DNA of 64,000 bases from an uncultured Acidobacteriota bacterium (lineage in GTDB: Bacteria; Acidobacteriota; Thermoanaerobaculia; Multivoradales; JAHEKO01), in assembly GCA_963713825.1 (NCBI GenBank), contig CAVQNG010000025.1, forward strand, positions 832,001 through 896,000, in the 5' to 3' direction. The notes under the pieces were generated by a model, which was not told the DNA's origin, ran no database searches, and saw only the letters and a list, made by a program, of their open reading frames with translations. Shown in pieces: positions 1-9,569 of this stretch. The position numbers and the translations under genes are program-made. Numbering within the stretch: position 1 is the first letter of the stretch; each line of letters starts with the position of its first letter.

Positions 1-2
1 GT

Positions 3-284
3 TGGCCCCAATGGGCGTGGCTACATCTGCCGGCGGTGGCATGGGGCGTTTCGATCGAGCTCATGGGATGGCTCTGCCCCCTGACTCCGCTCGAGAACCG
101 ATTGCGCAATGAGGCTGGGCTTGCAGGCTACGAGGGTGGATTCGTCGAGCACTACCTGCTTCCAGTTCTCTATCCGGAGTCTCTCACCCGCTCGATGCAG
201 ATCGTGTTGGGTCTGTTGGTTCTGCTGATCAACGTCGGTCTCTACGGCTCGATGCTCAGAAAGAGAGGTCGCGACTCGAATTAG
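3..284 (+). CDS. DUF2784-family membrane protein (5'-truncated by window edge)
   Basis: Frame is open from position 3 (WPQWAWLHLPAV...). It carries the W-x-CPLTPLEN and GY-x-GGFVEHYL-x-P-x-LYP motifs typical of DUF2784. Confidence 0.8.
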   Translation, partial: WPQWAWLHLPAVAWGVSIELMGWLCPLTPLENRLRNEAGLAGYEGGFVEHYLLPVLYPESLTRSMQIVLGLLVLLINVGLYGSMLRKRGRDSN

Positions 285-334
285 ACGGCCCTGCCTCTCC
301 CATGACGCAGGCGCCTGTGCTAGATTTCCCGATC

Positions 335-832
335 ATGAAAACACTAGTCAGCGTCATCATGGGCTCGCGCTCCGATTGGGGTGTCATGGAGCACGCCATC
401 AAGACCCTCGAGAGCCTCGGCATCGAGCACGATGTCAGGATCCTCTCGGCTCATCGGACTCCCGATGCGCTTGTCACTTACATGGCCGAGGCGGAGGATG
501 GCGGCACGGAGGTCTTTATCGGTGCGGCTGGCGGTGCCGCACATCTGGCCGGCGTCATGGCGGCCCAAACTGTGCTGCCGGTTTTGGGAGTGCCAATGGA
601 ATCGAAGCTCCAGGGAATCGACTCCCTGCTCTCCATGGTGCAGATGCCTGCGGGCATCCCGGTGGCGACCTTCGCTGTGGGCAAGGCCGGTGCGATCAAT
701 GCGGCCCTGTTTGCGGCGGCGGTTCTGGCGGCGACGCACCCAGAGGTCGGAGAGGCTCTGCGGGTCTTCCGCAAGGCCCAGTCGGAGAAGATCCTGGCAG
801 ACCCCGATCCCCGGCTACCCGCACCGGACTGA
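335..832 (+). CDS. purE: N5-carboxyaminoimidazole ribonucleotide mutase PurE
   Basis: Motifs IMGSRSD, SAHRTP, AGGAAHLAG, PVLGVP, VQMPAGIPVAT. ATG 335 lies 8 nt after an extended -10 (TGCTAGATT). Confidence 0.97.
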   Translation: MKTLVSVIMGSRSDWGVMEHAIKTLESLGIEHDVRILSAHRTPDALVTYMAEAEDGGTEVFIGAAGGAAHLAGVMAAQTVLPVLGVPMESKLQGIDSLLSMVQMPAGIPVATFAVGKAGAINAALFAAAVLAATHPEVGEALRVFRKAQSEKILADPDPRLPAPD

Positions 833-890
833 GCGGTCCTCGAATCCGCAGACGCTGCTCATCCAGAAGACGTTCAGATACCAGGGCTCG

Positions 891-2519
891 CTAGTTCAGG
901 CCGGGCTGGGTGAGAACGAATCCTTCTTCCTCTTTGGTCTGTCGGACGATCTCCCGGACATCGGCCAGCAGCTGCTTGGCGTCGAATACGATGCCGTCCT
1001 TGATGGTGTAGCGCACGCCACCGACGCGGACGACCTCGTTGTTCTCGTTCAGCTTGATGGCGCCAGTGCCGTAGAGGACCTTGAGGTTCTCCAGCGGATT
1101 GGCGTCGACAATCACCAAGTCAGCGAGCTTTCCCGCCTCCACTGAACCGATCTCGTCGTCCCGGCCGAGGGCCTCAGCGCCATTCAGCGTCGCGGCGCGA
1201 ATCACCTCGAGTGGATGAAAGCCGGCCTCCTGCAGCAGCTCCAACTCGCGAATGTAGCCGAAGCCATAGATCTTGTAGATGTAGCCGGAATCCGAACCCG
1301 TGGTGACTCTTCCTCCCCGGTTCTTGAAATCGTTGACGAAGCTCATCCAAAGACGGAAGTTCTCCTTCCAGGCGATCTCGTCGGCGGTTGTCCAGTAGTA
1401 CCAGTAAGAGGCGTGATTCTCGCGGTTGGGTGCGAAAAACCTCCACAAGGAGGGCAAGGTGTACATCTCATGCCATTCATCGCCGCGGATCCGCATCAGG
1501 TCGCGGTTCGCTTCGTAGGGAGTGAATGTCGGGTTGATGGTGAAGTCGAGCTCGATGAGCTCGTCCATGACCTCGTACCAGAGCTCGCTCCCTCGGGGCG
1601 CTGCCTGCTTCCATAGCTGGCCGGCCTGGCCGAAGCGATCGAGCTCGTTGGCGTAGTTGTAGTCCAAGGGGTAGTCCTGGACGGTCTGGCCGGTGAACAG
1701 GGCTTCGGGCAGCCCGTACCAGTGCTCCATGCTGGTCAGTCCCCATCGCGCCGTGTCGAGAACGTTGACCCGGGTCACCGCCATCTGGGCATGGTGGCAG
1801 GCGCTGCGCAGTCCCTGAATTTCGGCTTCGTCCAGGGCGGCTTCCATGATCTTGGGAGGGGCGCCGAAGAACTTGATGCCTTCGGCCCCCCGAGCAGCAG
1901 CCTCCCGGACCCATTCACGGGCCTGATCCGGGGTCGTGAACGGTTCCTGTCTGCCCGCTCCGAAGAACAGATAGGGATGAATCCGTGGCGCAGTGATCTC
2001 GTTGCGGGCGCTCTTGGCCTGGTGCTCCAGGACCCAATCGAGACCGTTGCCACTGCCAGGCTCTCGTATCGTCGTGATGCCGTGGCCCATCCACAGCTTG
2101 AGGACGTATTCGGCCGGCGTGCCCTGCTCGACCCCGCCGATGTGACCGTGCATGTCGATGAGCCCTGGCAGGATGTACATGCCTTCGACGTCGATCTCCC
2201 GGTCGTCGGGTCCAGCTTGGGGCCTGCTCTCTGCGTCGACCGCAACGCCTGGAACTCCCACGTTCCGGATGTCGACGATCCGATTGCCCTCGACGATGAT
2301 GTCGACGGGCCCGATCGCCGGTGCGCCCGTACCGTCGATCAGCGTGCCACCTCGCAGGATCAATCGCTGGAACGGGCCCTCGCCTTCATTGCGTGGTGGG
2401 GCTTCGGGTATCGATCGGGGTGTGTCCTCGGCTGGCAGAACCGCTGCGGACAACAGCGAGAGTGCGACCACGGCAGATCGGATCGTCCAGCGGAACATCG
2501 AGCGTCGAGCCTGTCTCAT
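891..2519 (-). CDS. Secreted metal-dependent amidohydrolase
   Basis: Signal-peptide-like N-terminus, PGLIDMHGH metal motif, TGSDSG, and the G(S)VEAGKLADLVIVDANPL C-terminal amidohydrolase signature. Confidence 0.85.
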   Translation of the reverse strand: MRQARRSMFRWTIRSAVVALSLLSAAVLPAEDTPRSIPEAPPRNEGEGPFQRLILRGGTLIDGTGAPAIGPVDIIVEGNRIVDIRNVGVPGVAVDAESRPQAGPDDREIDVEGMYILPGLIDMHGHIGGVEQGTPAEYVLKLWMGHGITTIREPGSGNGLDWVLEHQAKSARNEITAPRIHPYLFFGAGRQEPFTTPDQAREWVREAAARGAEGIKFFGAPPKIMEAALDEAEIQGLRSACHHAQMAVTRVNVLDTARWGLTSMEHWYGLPEALFTGQTVQDYPLDYNYANELDRFGQAGQLWKQAAPRGSELWYEVMDELIELDFTINPTFTPYEANRDLMRIRGDEWHEMYTLPSLWRFFAPNRENHASYWYYWTTADEIAWKENFRLWMSFVNDFKNRGGRVTTGSDSGYIYKIYGFGYIRELELLQEAGFHPLEVIRAATLNGAEALGRDDEIGSVEAGKLADLVIVDANPLENLKVLYGTGAIKLNENNEVVRVGGVRYTIKDGIVFDAKQLLADVREIVRQTKEEEGFVLTQPGLN

Positions 2520-2722
2520 GAGTTGATCTTTCCCCCCTGGAGCGGGCAGCCTTGCCGAAATGACTTACCGACCGCACTGCATCGTAGGGTCTTTCTATCA
2601 GGGAGAACCCGACCAAGCAATCCGTCTGGTGAGGGTGTGGTGCTTCGGCGTTGGCCGTCCATGAGTCGGCTGCCTTCTCACTCTGGCTTCCACGAAATAG
2701 AGGGCTTCCGTACAATCGGCGG

Positions 2723-4114
2723 ATGGGGCCTGGTCAGGAGCTTTCGGTGAGGTGGAGAAGAGATCGATGGGTCGGCTGCTCGAGAGCGATCAGGCTCCTC
2801 GGGTCGATGCTCCTGCTGCTGGCCATGGCAGGCTGCTCCGATCGCACTGGCGGTTCTGGAGACAGCGTCGTCCTCGTCATGGTGGATACCCTACGGGCGG
2901 ATCACCTCGGCTGCTACGGCTACGAGCGCGATACCTCACCCCATCTGGACAGCCTGGCGTCGGCAGGAGTGCTGTTCGAGAACTTCTATTCGGTGGCTCC
3001 CTGGACGAATCCCTCGATCGCTTCGCTGTTCACCGGCAGATATCCGCGCGCTGTCTTCCCGCCCCTGCCGCACAAGAAGGCCATTGGCATCCCCCTGCCG
3101 AGTCAGCTCCCGACGCTGGCCGAGCGGCTGCAGCTGGAGGGCTATCGCACGGTCGCACTGGTAGACCACCCAGGCATCAATCCGGAGCTGCAGTTCGACC
3201 AGGGCTTCGAGCGCTGGAGCAACCTGTTTCGGGAAGGCGATTTCGACACCTGGGCCGTGACAGATTCGGACTTCGTTCTAGAACAGGTCGAGGCTGCTTT
3301 GGACGAGCTCGGAGGAGAGACGTTCTTCCTCTATCTCCACCTGGTCTATCCCCATCGTCCCTACGCGCCTCCACCGCCGTACGACACGATGTTCGGACCC
3401 TCGGGGCCGAAGACGGGGCGTGCCCACCGACAGACCATGATCAACGCCTACGACGGCGAAGTTCGGTACACCGATGACCTGATCGGCCGTGTCGCCGGTG
3501 TCCTGGAGGGGCGAGGCTTGACTGCATCGACCTGGCTGGTGGTGACCTCCGACCATGGGGAGGGCTTTTGGGAGCACAACCAGGCCGAGCACGGCAACTC
3601 CTTCTTCAACGAGCTGATCCGGGTACCCCTGGTCTTGGTTCCGCCGCGTCGGGAAGGTGTGGCTGGGCTCCGAGTCGAGTCTCCGGCCAGCCTGGTCGAT
3701 TTGAAGCCGACGATCCTGGGTCTGGCTGGCGTCGAGCCGGTGGCGGATCTGGAAGGTCGTGATCTGCGCACCAGTTGGTTGAACCCTGCCGAGTTCGAGG
3801 CTCCCCGGTGGTTGTTTCTCGCCAGCCCTCATTCGAAGGATGTAGAGGCTGCCGCTGTCGTTCGTGGAGATCTGAAGTACATCGACCGGCTGCCCTGGCG
3901 ACGGGCCAGACCGGCCCTCTACGATCTGTCTGAGGACCCGGATGAGAAGCACAACCTGGCCGAGTCTTCTCCCAGGGCGGCGGAAATGAGCCGCCGGTTG
4001 CAGGCTCACCTGAATCAGACCGAGCAGCAGCGCGCTGGCCTGCTGGGCGAAGACGAGGTGGAGCTCGACGAAGAGGTTCTCGATCGCCTCCGGGCTCTGG
4101 GGTATCTCCAATAG
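2723..4114 (+). CDS. Sulfatase-like / alkaline-phosphatase-superfamily hydrolase-transferase, probable lipoprotein
   Basis: Motifs VDTLRADH, PH-x-PY, YDGEV, VTSDHGE...EHG. Lipobox LAMAG-C and C-terminal LRALGY. Start chosen from TACAAT located 6 nt upstream. Confidence 0.85.
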   Translation: MGPGQELSVRWRRDRWVGCSRAIRLLGSMLLLLAMAGCSDRTGGSGDSVVLVMVDTLRADHLGCYGYERDTSPHLDSLASAGVLFENFYSVAPWTNPSIASLFTGRYPRAVFPPLPHKKAIGIPLPSQLPTLAERLQLEGYRTVALVDHPGINPELQFDQGFERWSNLFREGDFDTWAVTDSDFVLEQVEAALDELGGETFFLYLHLVYPHRPYAPPPPYDTMFGPSGPKTGRAHRQTMINAYDGEVRYTDDLIGRVAGVLEGRGLTASTWLVVTSDHGEGFWEHNQAEHGNSFFNELIRVPLVLVPPRREGVAGLRVESPASLVDLKPTILGLAGVEPVADLEGRDLRTSWLNPAEFEAPRWLFLASPHSKDVEAAAVVRGDLKYIDRLPWRRARPALYDLSEDPDEKHNLAESSPRAAEMSRRLQAHLNQTEQQRAGLLGEDEVELDEEVLDRLRALGYLQ

Positions 4115-4143
4115 GATAGGGCCTGGTTGAGGGGAGAGAAGAG

Positions 4144-5919
4144 ATGAGCGCACTCGTCACGGCATTGTGCTTCGTGGGCTACTTTTTCGGCTACGTCTTC
4201 TACTCCCGATTCCTGGCCAGACGGCTTTTTGAGCTCGACCCTGCTGCGGAAACGCCATCTCATCAACTGCGCGACGGCGTCGACTACGTGCCGACGAATC
4301 GCTTTGTCCTCTTTGGCCACCACTGGGCGTCGATCACCGGCCTTTCCCCAATGCTGGGGCCGGCTGTTGCGGTGATCTGGGGCTGGCTCCCTGCCATGCT
4401 CTGGGTGCTCTTGGGCGCTCTCTTCGTGGGCTGCGTGCACGATTTCGGCTCGCTCGTCGTCAGCATGCGGGCCAAGGGAATGTCCATCGGCAAGGTGACC
4501 GAAGGCATCATCGGCAAGCGGGCCAAGACGCTCTTCCATCTCATCATCTTCTTCGGAATCGCCCTGGCCATGGGGGTCTTCGTCTACGTCATCGCGGTGA
4601 TGTTCTCGATCAGCGACGCCTGGGATCCCGAGCAGCCGATGGCCGATCCGTCGTCCTTTCCGTCGGCGGTGTTCCCGTCCGGCGTTCTCATCGGTCTCGC
4701 CATGATCATGGGCTACCTGCTCTACAAGAAGAAGTTCCCCTTGCTGCCGACCACGGTCGTTGGCTTCGTGCTGATGTTGGCTGCGGTATGGGGAGGACTG
4801 CGCTTCCCGCTGCTGTGGATGGATCGTGCTGACTGGCCCGACTTGAATGTCTGGATCGTGATTCTTCTGCTCTACTCCTTCGTGGCCTCGGTGCTGCCTG
4901 TGTGGAGCCTTCTGCAGGCCAGGGACTTCCTCAACTCCCTCCTGCTCTACCTCGGCCTGGCCCTCTGCTATCTGGGTGTCTTCGTGTGGCGGCCGGAGTT
5001 CGCCGCACCCGCTTTTCGGGCCCATCCCGAAGGCGCTCCCAGCTTCTATCCCTTCGTATTCATCATCATCGCCTGTGGTGCGGCCAGCGGCTTTCACTCC
5101 CTGGTCGCCTCGGGCACCACGGCCAAGCAGATCGACAAAGAGACCGATGCCCGATTCATCGGCTATGGCGGCATGGTGGGCGAGTCCCTGTTGGGACTAT
5201 TGGCAGTCCTGGCTTGTACCGCTGGAATTCTGGGCACGGGTGGATATCAGCCCGCGGAGGTTTGGGCCAATACCTATCGGGATTGGGATTCGATGGCGTC
5301 GCTCGGCACCCAGGTCGGGGTCTTTATCACTGGGGCGGCGCAGTTCATCGAGAAGCTGGGGGTGGCGGATCACCGCCTGGCAACAGCCTTCATCGCCGTG
5401 GTCGTCGTCTCGTTTGCCCTGACAACACTCGACTCGGCCACCCGTCTCTTGCGATTCAACATCGCGGAGATCGGTGAAACGCTGCATCTGCGAGTTCTCG
5501 ACAACCGATTCCTGAGCTCTTTTCTGGCGGTGGGTGTCATTGCCTTCTTCGCGTTTTACAAGATCGGCGGCCGGCCGGCTGGCCTGGCCCTGTGGCGACT
5601 GTTCGGCACGACCAACCAACTGCTGGCAGGTCTGGCCTTGCTGGCGGTGACTCTCTATCTGGTCCAGAGGGGCAAGAGCCCCTGGTTCACGGGTGTGCCG
5701 ATGCTATTCATGGCGGTGACGACGATTCTCGCCATGGTCTCCAACCTGAAGGACTTTTGGGCCCAAAGGGGTGAAGGCGGTGGGCCGCTGTTCGCGATCG
5801 GACTGATCCTGCTGGTACTGGCGATCTGGCTCATGGCCGAGGGAGTCATGGCCCTGTTCCGCTTTCGCAAGCAGAAGCCGATCGACACCATGCAGGTGAT
5901 CTACTCCGATGACAGCTGA
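4144..5919 (+). CDS. cstA: Carbon starvation protein A (peptide/pyruvate transporter)
   Basis: Motifs DGVDYVPT, LFGHHWASI, GCVHDF, IACGAASGFHSL, IGYGGMVGES, FALTTLDSATRL, FGTTNQLLA; many transmembrane segments. Confidence 0.93.
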   Translation: MSALVTALCFVGYFFGYVFYSRFLARRLFELDPAAETPSHQLRDGVDYVPTNRFVLFGHHWASITGLSPMLGPAVAVIWGWLPAMLWVLLGALFVGCVHDFGSLVVSMRAKGMSIGKVTEGIIGKRAKTLFHLIIFFGIALAMGVFVYVIAVMFSISDAWDPEQPMADPSSFPSAVFPSGVLIGLAMIMGYLLYKKKFPLLPTTVVGFVLMLAAVWGGLRFPLLWMDRADWPDLNVWIVILLLYSFVASVLPVWSLLQARDFLNSLLLYLGLALCYLGVFVWRPEFAAPAFRAHPEGAPSFYPFVFIIIACGAASGFHSLVASGTTAKQIDKETDARFIGYGGMVGESLLGLLAVLACTAGILGTGGYQPAEVWANTYRDWDSMASLGTQVGVFITGAAQFIEKLGVADHRLATAFIAVVVVSFALTTLDSATRLLRFNIAEIGETLHLRVLDNRFLSSFLAVGVIAFFAFYKIGGRPAGLALWRLFGTTNQLLAGLALLAVTLYLVQRGKSPWFTGVPMLFMAVTTILAMVSNLKDFWAQRGEGGGPLFAIGLILLVLAIWLMAEGVMALFRFRKQKPIDTMQVIYSDDS

Positions 5920-6986
5920 GCGCTTCGCAGCTGTACTCCTCGCTCGACGCCCGGAATTTCGGTAATCAAGTCGGAACCGAAGGCTCCAGCTGGAGTCCAG
6001 GCGCCGGGCTCCAGGGCGCCAGCCAGTATTCTCGATACGAGCTCAACGGCCGCGGATGCCGTCAACGCGTAGCCCTCCGGGACTTCGAGGGTCGCCTCTC
6101 GACTGGCGCCCGCCTCGTTTCGGGCTTCGCCCCACAAGTGGACTCTGGCTCCGGTGCGGGTCTCGGCGTCGGGCCCCACGATGGTCCTCCCGATCCACCA
6201 CTGGAGAAGGCGTTTGACCGGTACCGTACCGATGACCGGCAGCAAGGGCCGCAGTCTCCGCAGCTGCCGAATGCGCGGTTCGGGTGTCCCTGTGTAGACA
6301 CGGATATTGGGGATCCCCGTAGTGTGAAACGCGGTGGAGACATCCCCCCAGGGAATCGTCATCGCCCAGCGCGATCCGCAGGCGAACTCGATTCGACGGG
6401 CGTCCTGCGCCAACGGAGTTGCGACAATCTTCCCGTCGCGTCGTTCGGCACCGGCATGCGGCATGGCTTCCACAGCGGTACGGAGTGTGCCCCGACTGGC
6501 ACTGCCGCGGTCCGAAGTGAACGCCAGATCCAGATGGGTGGCGTCGGGTAGAGCGTGCGCCAGGGTGGCTGCCAGACAATCGCTGGGCACCACGTCGAAG
6601 CCGACGCCAGGAAGCAACACCACGCCAGCCGCGCGGGCCGCCTCATCACGATGCAAGATCGATTCGAATACGCCGATCTCGCCAGTGATGTCGAGGTAGT
6701 GGGTTGCCGTGGCAAGGCATGCGTCCACCATCGGACGGCTTGTTTGAATGAAAGGGCCGGCAGCATGTAGAACGGCCGAGACCTTCTCGAGAGTAGCCCG
6801 GAGAGAACCAGGGTCGTTCAGCTCGAGGACCTTCGCCTCGAGTCCGAGTTCGTCAGCCAACTTTTGGAGGGGCTGCCGTCTTCTACCGGCCAGGACAGGT
6901 GCAAGTCCCCTTCGAGCGGCCTCTCTGGCGATCAGCTCTCCAGTGTAGCCATAGGCGCCGTACAGCAGCCAAGGGGTCGAAGGCAT
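5901..6986 (-). CDS. Saccharopine dehydrogenase-like NAD(P)-dependent oxidoreductase
   Basis: Rossmann motif YGAYGYTG, plus AGPF, HYLDITGE, GFDVVPSDC. Overlaps the cstA 3' end by 19 nt. Confidence 0.88.
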   Translation of the reverse strand: MPSTPWLLYGAYGYTGELIAREAARRGLAPVLAGRRRQPLQKLADELGLEAKVLELNDPGSLRATLEKVSAVLHAAGPFIQTSRPMVDACLATATHYLDITGEIGVFESILHRDEAARAAGVVLLPGVGFDVVPSDCLAATLAHALPDATHLDLAFTSDRGSASRGTLRTAVEAMPHAGAERRDGKIVATPLAQDARRIEFACGSRWAMTIPWGDVSTAFHTTGIPNIRVYTGTPEPRIRQLRRLRPLLPVIGTVPVKRLLQWWIGRTIVGPDAETRTGARVHLWGEARNEAGASREATLEVPEGYALTASAAVELVSRILAGALEPGAWTPAGAFGSDLITEIPGVERGVQLRSAQLSSE

Positions 6987-7054
6987 GGCTCGTAATTTCT
7001 ATTCTTGCTGGGAGCTCGGATAGCGATCCGAGGCCCCAATTGTCAGTCGTCGTC

Positions 7055-8104
7055 TCAAAGGACTTCGAGCCTCGAGTGGCCCTCCACGACTTCTCCTACC
7101 AGAGCAGCAGTGTGGCCGGCGTCGAGGAGTGCCTGGAGCAGGGGTTCCACTTGAATGGGTGGCGTGGCCAGAAGCAGGCCGCCGGAAGTCTGCGGGTCGA
7201 AGAGCAGTTCTCGCTGGGGCTTCTTGAGTCCGGCTTGGATCTCGATCTCGTCTTCCACGTTCGCTTCGTTGGCGACGGTCGACAGGGTCGAAACCCCTTT
7301 CTTCACCAGCCGATAAAAGCTCTCGTAGACGGGCAGGTCCGAAAATCTCAGCCGAACCCCGACTTTCGATGCCCTGGCGATTTCCATTGCGTGACCAGCG
7401 ATCCCGAAGCCGGTGATGTCCGTGGCGGCTTTGACACCGTGACGCAGAGCGAGTTGTGCTGCGGCATGGTTCAATCGTTCCATTTCGACCAGCGCCGGCT
7501 CGAGCTCGGCCGCATCCATTTTGCCGGCTTTGAAGGCGTTGATCAGCACGCCAGTGCCCAGGGGCTTGGTGAGGATGAGCTGCTCTCCAGGGCGAGCATT
7601 CGAGTTGGTCAGGATTTGCTCGGGGTCGGCCTCGCCGATGACCGACAGGCCGAACTTGAGCTCGTCGTCCTCGACCGAGTGACCGCCGAGGAGCACGGCT
7701 CCCGACTCGGCTATCGCCTCGGCAGCCCCCTGCAGAATCTCGCCGTAGACACCGTCCGGAATCCCCTTGGCAGGGAAGCAGCAGATGTTGAGCGCAAACA
7801 GGGCTTTGCCTCCCATGGCAAACACATCCGAGAGAGAGTTCGCAGCCGAGATCCTGCCATAGCGAAAGGGGTCGTCGCAGACGGGAGTGATGAAGTCCAG
7901 GGTCGCGACCAGGGCTCTGTCCCCCAGCAGATAGACGCCGGCGTCGTCGGCTGTTTCCGGGCCGACCAGGACCTTCGGATCTCCACCGGCCACTTGCATC
8001 AGTGGCGCGACCATTTCATGTAGGTCCCCCGGACCTACCTTGGCGGCTCACCCGCCGGTCGTGGCGCAGTCTGTGAGTCGGAACTTGCGTCGAAACAATG
8101 CCAT
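7055..8104 (-). CDS. selD: Selenophosphate synthetase SelD, selenocysteine-containing (UGA at codon 19)
   Basis: Reading from ATG 8104 gives MALFRRKFRLTDCATTGG-[TGA 8050-8048]-AAKVGPGDLHE, in frame with the 319-aa ORF. That ORF carries DDAGVY, DFITPVCDDP, NSLSDVFAMGG, GGHSVED, LTKPLGTG, TDITGFG and DPQTSGGLL. Confidence 0.95.
8020..8038 (-). promoter_or_regulatory. SECIS-like hairpin in selD mRNA
   Basis: Minus strand GTAGGTCC-GGG-GGACCTAC is a perfect 8-bp stem with a G loop, starting 10 nt 3' of the UGA. This is the position expected for a bacterial SECIS. Confidence 0.75.
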
Positions 8105-8195
8105 GGCAATGTCGATGTTAGCTCATTCGGGCTACCTGAGATGACAGCGCAACGGGCGATAGGTGGTCCGACACCACGAGAGTAGAATGGCTTCG

Positions 8196-9569
8196 ATGAG
8201 CACTGCAGCCGAGATCGACCTGTCCGTCAGCAGCTTGCCCTTGCTGGTTCGGGGTGGGACGGTTCTCACCCTCGATGACCAGGCGACCGTGCTCGACGGT
8301 GCAGACCTGTTGATTGTCGAAGGTCGCATCCAGGAGATGGGCAGTACGGTGGTGCCTCCCGCCGGCAGTCAGATCCTCGATGTCGATGGCTGCCTGGTGC
8401 TGCCCGGAATGATTCAGGGTCACATCCATCTCGGGCAGACCTTCTTCCGCGGGCTGGCCGAGGGCCGCACACTCCTTTCCTGGCTCCAGGAGCGCATCTG
8501 GCCCTTGGAAGCGGCACACGACGATGAGAGTGCCTATTGGTGCGGGATGCTCGGAGCGGCGGAGTGCCTGTTGTCGGGCACGACCACAGTCCAGGACATC
8601 GGACTTGGGCCCGGAGCCCGCGGTCTCCTCGCCGCAATTCGAAAGTCGGGACTGCGCGGCCTGGCAGGTATCTGCCTCATGGATGGTGGCGAGGGCATGC
8701 CGGCGACGTTGGCTGGTGACACCGACAACGTGCTGTCCGAGACAGCGTCGCTCGGGGATGAGGTCGATGGTTGGGAGGGAAGTCGGGTCGGCTACGTCCT
8801 CAACCCGAGGTTCATTCTGAGCTGCACTGACGAGCTCTGGAGCGGCATCCGGCACTTGGCGAGCGAAAAGGGCTGGCCCATCCATACCCATGCCCTGGAG
8901 CAAAAGGAAGAATCCCTGGCCGTCATGCAGTTGAAGGGTGGATTGGACGAGATCGACTACTTCGACGCCACCGGCATCCTGGCTTCAGATCTGAGAATCG
9001 CCCATGGGGTCCAGCTCGATGCGCGGCATTTGCAGCGGCTCTCCAGGGAGTCGTTCAGTGTCGTGCATTGCCCGAGCGCCAACCTGAAGCTGGGTTCGGG
9101 CATCGCCGACGTCGTCGGTATCCGCGCGGCTGGGATCCCCGTCGGGATCGGTGCAGATGGAGCACCCTGCAACAACGATCTCGATATTCTGGAGGAGGTG
9201 CGATTGGCGGCCCTGCTGCAGCAGGTCGGTCACGGTCCTGCCGCTTTCACCGGGCTCGACGCACTGCGGCTGGCGACGAGTGAAGGTGCAACAGCCATCG
9301 GACTCGGAGCGGATGCCGGTAGCCTCGAGGTCGGGAAGATGGCGGATCTGGTCGTCCTGAGCGCCGACCGACCGGAGCTGCTAGCCGCCTCGATGGTCGA
9401 TCTGCATGACCTCGTCGCATTTGGCGCTTCACGTGCCTCCGTGCGCCACGTTGTCGTCGGTGGCGAGATCCTCGTCGAGAACGGTCGACTCATTGGTCTG
9501 GATCTGGCGGAGATTCGACAGGAAGCGTCGCGCTGTCTGGAAGAGCTCCTTCAGAGAGTGCGTTTCTAG
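8196..9569 (+). CDS. MTA/SAH/5'-deoxyadenosine deaminase-like amidohydrolase
   Basis: Motifs PGMIQGHIHLGQTFFRG, IWPLEAAH, SGTTT, HTHALE, AHGV, HCPSANLKLGSG, GADGAPCNN. Start chosen from TAGAAT located 7 nt upstream. Confidence 0.85.
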   Translation: MSTAAEIDLSVSSLPLLVRGGTVLTLDDQATVLDGADLLIVEGRIQEMGSTVVPPAGSQILDVDGCLVLPGMIQGHIHLGQTFFRGLAEGRTLLSWLQERIWPLEAAHDDESAYWCGMLGAAECLLSGTTTVQDIGLGPGARGLLAAIRKSGLRGLAGICLMDGGEGMPATLAGDTDNVLSETASLGDEVDGWEGSRVGYVLNPRFILSCTDELWSGIRHLASEKGWPIHTHALEQKEESLAVMQLKGGLDEIDYFDATGILASDLRIAHGVQLDARHLQRLSRESFSVVHCPSANLKLGSGIADVVGIRAAGIPVGIGADGAPCNNDLDILEEVRLAALLQQVGHGPAAFTGLDALRLATSEGATAIGLGADAGSLEVGKMADLVVLSADRPELLAASMVDLHDLVAFGASRASVRHVVVGGEILVENGRLIGLDLAEIRQEASRCLEELLQRVRF

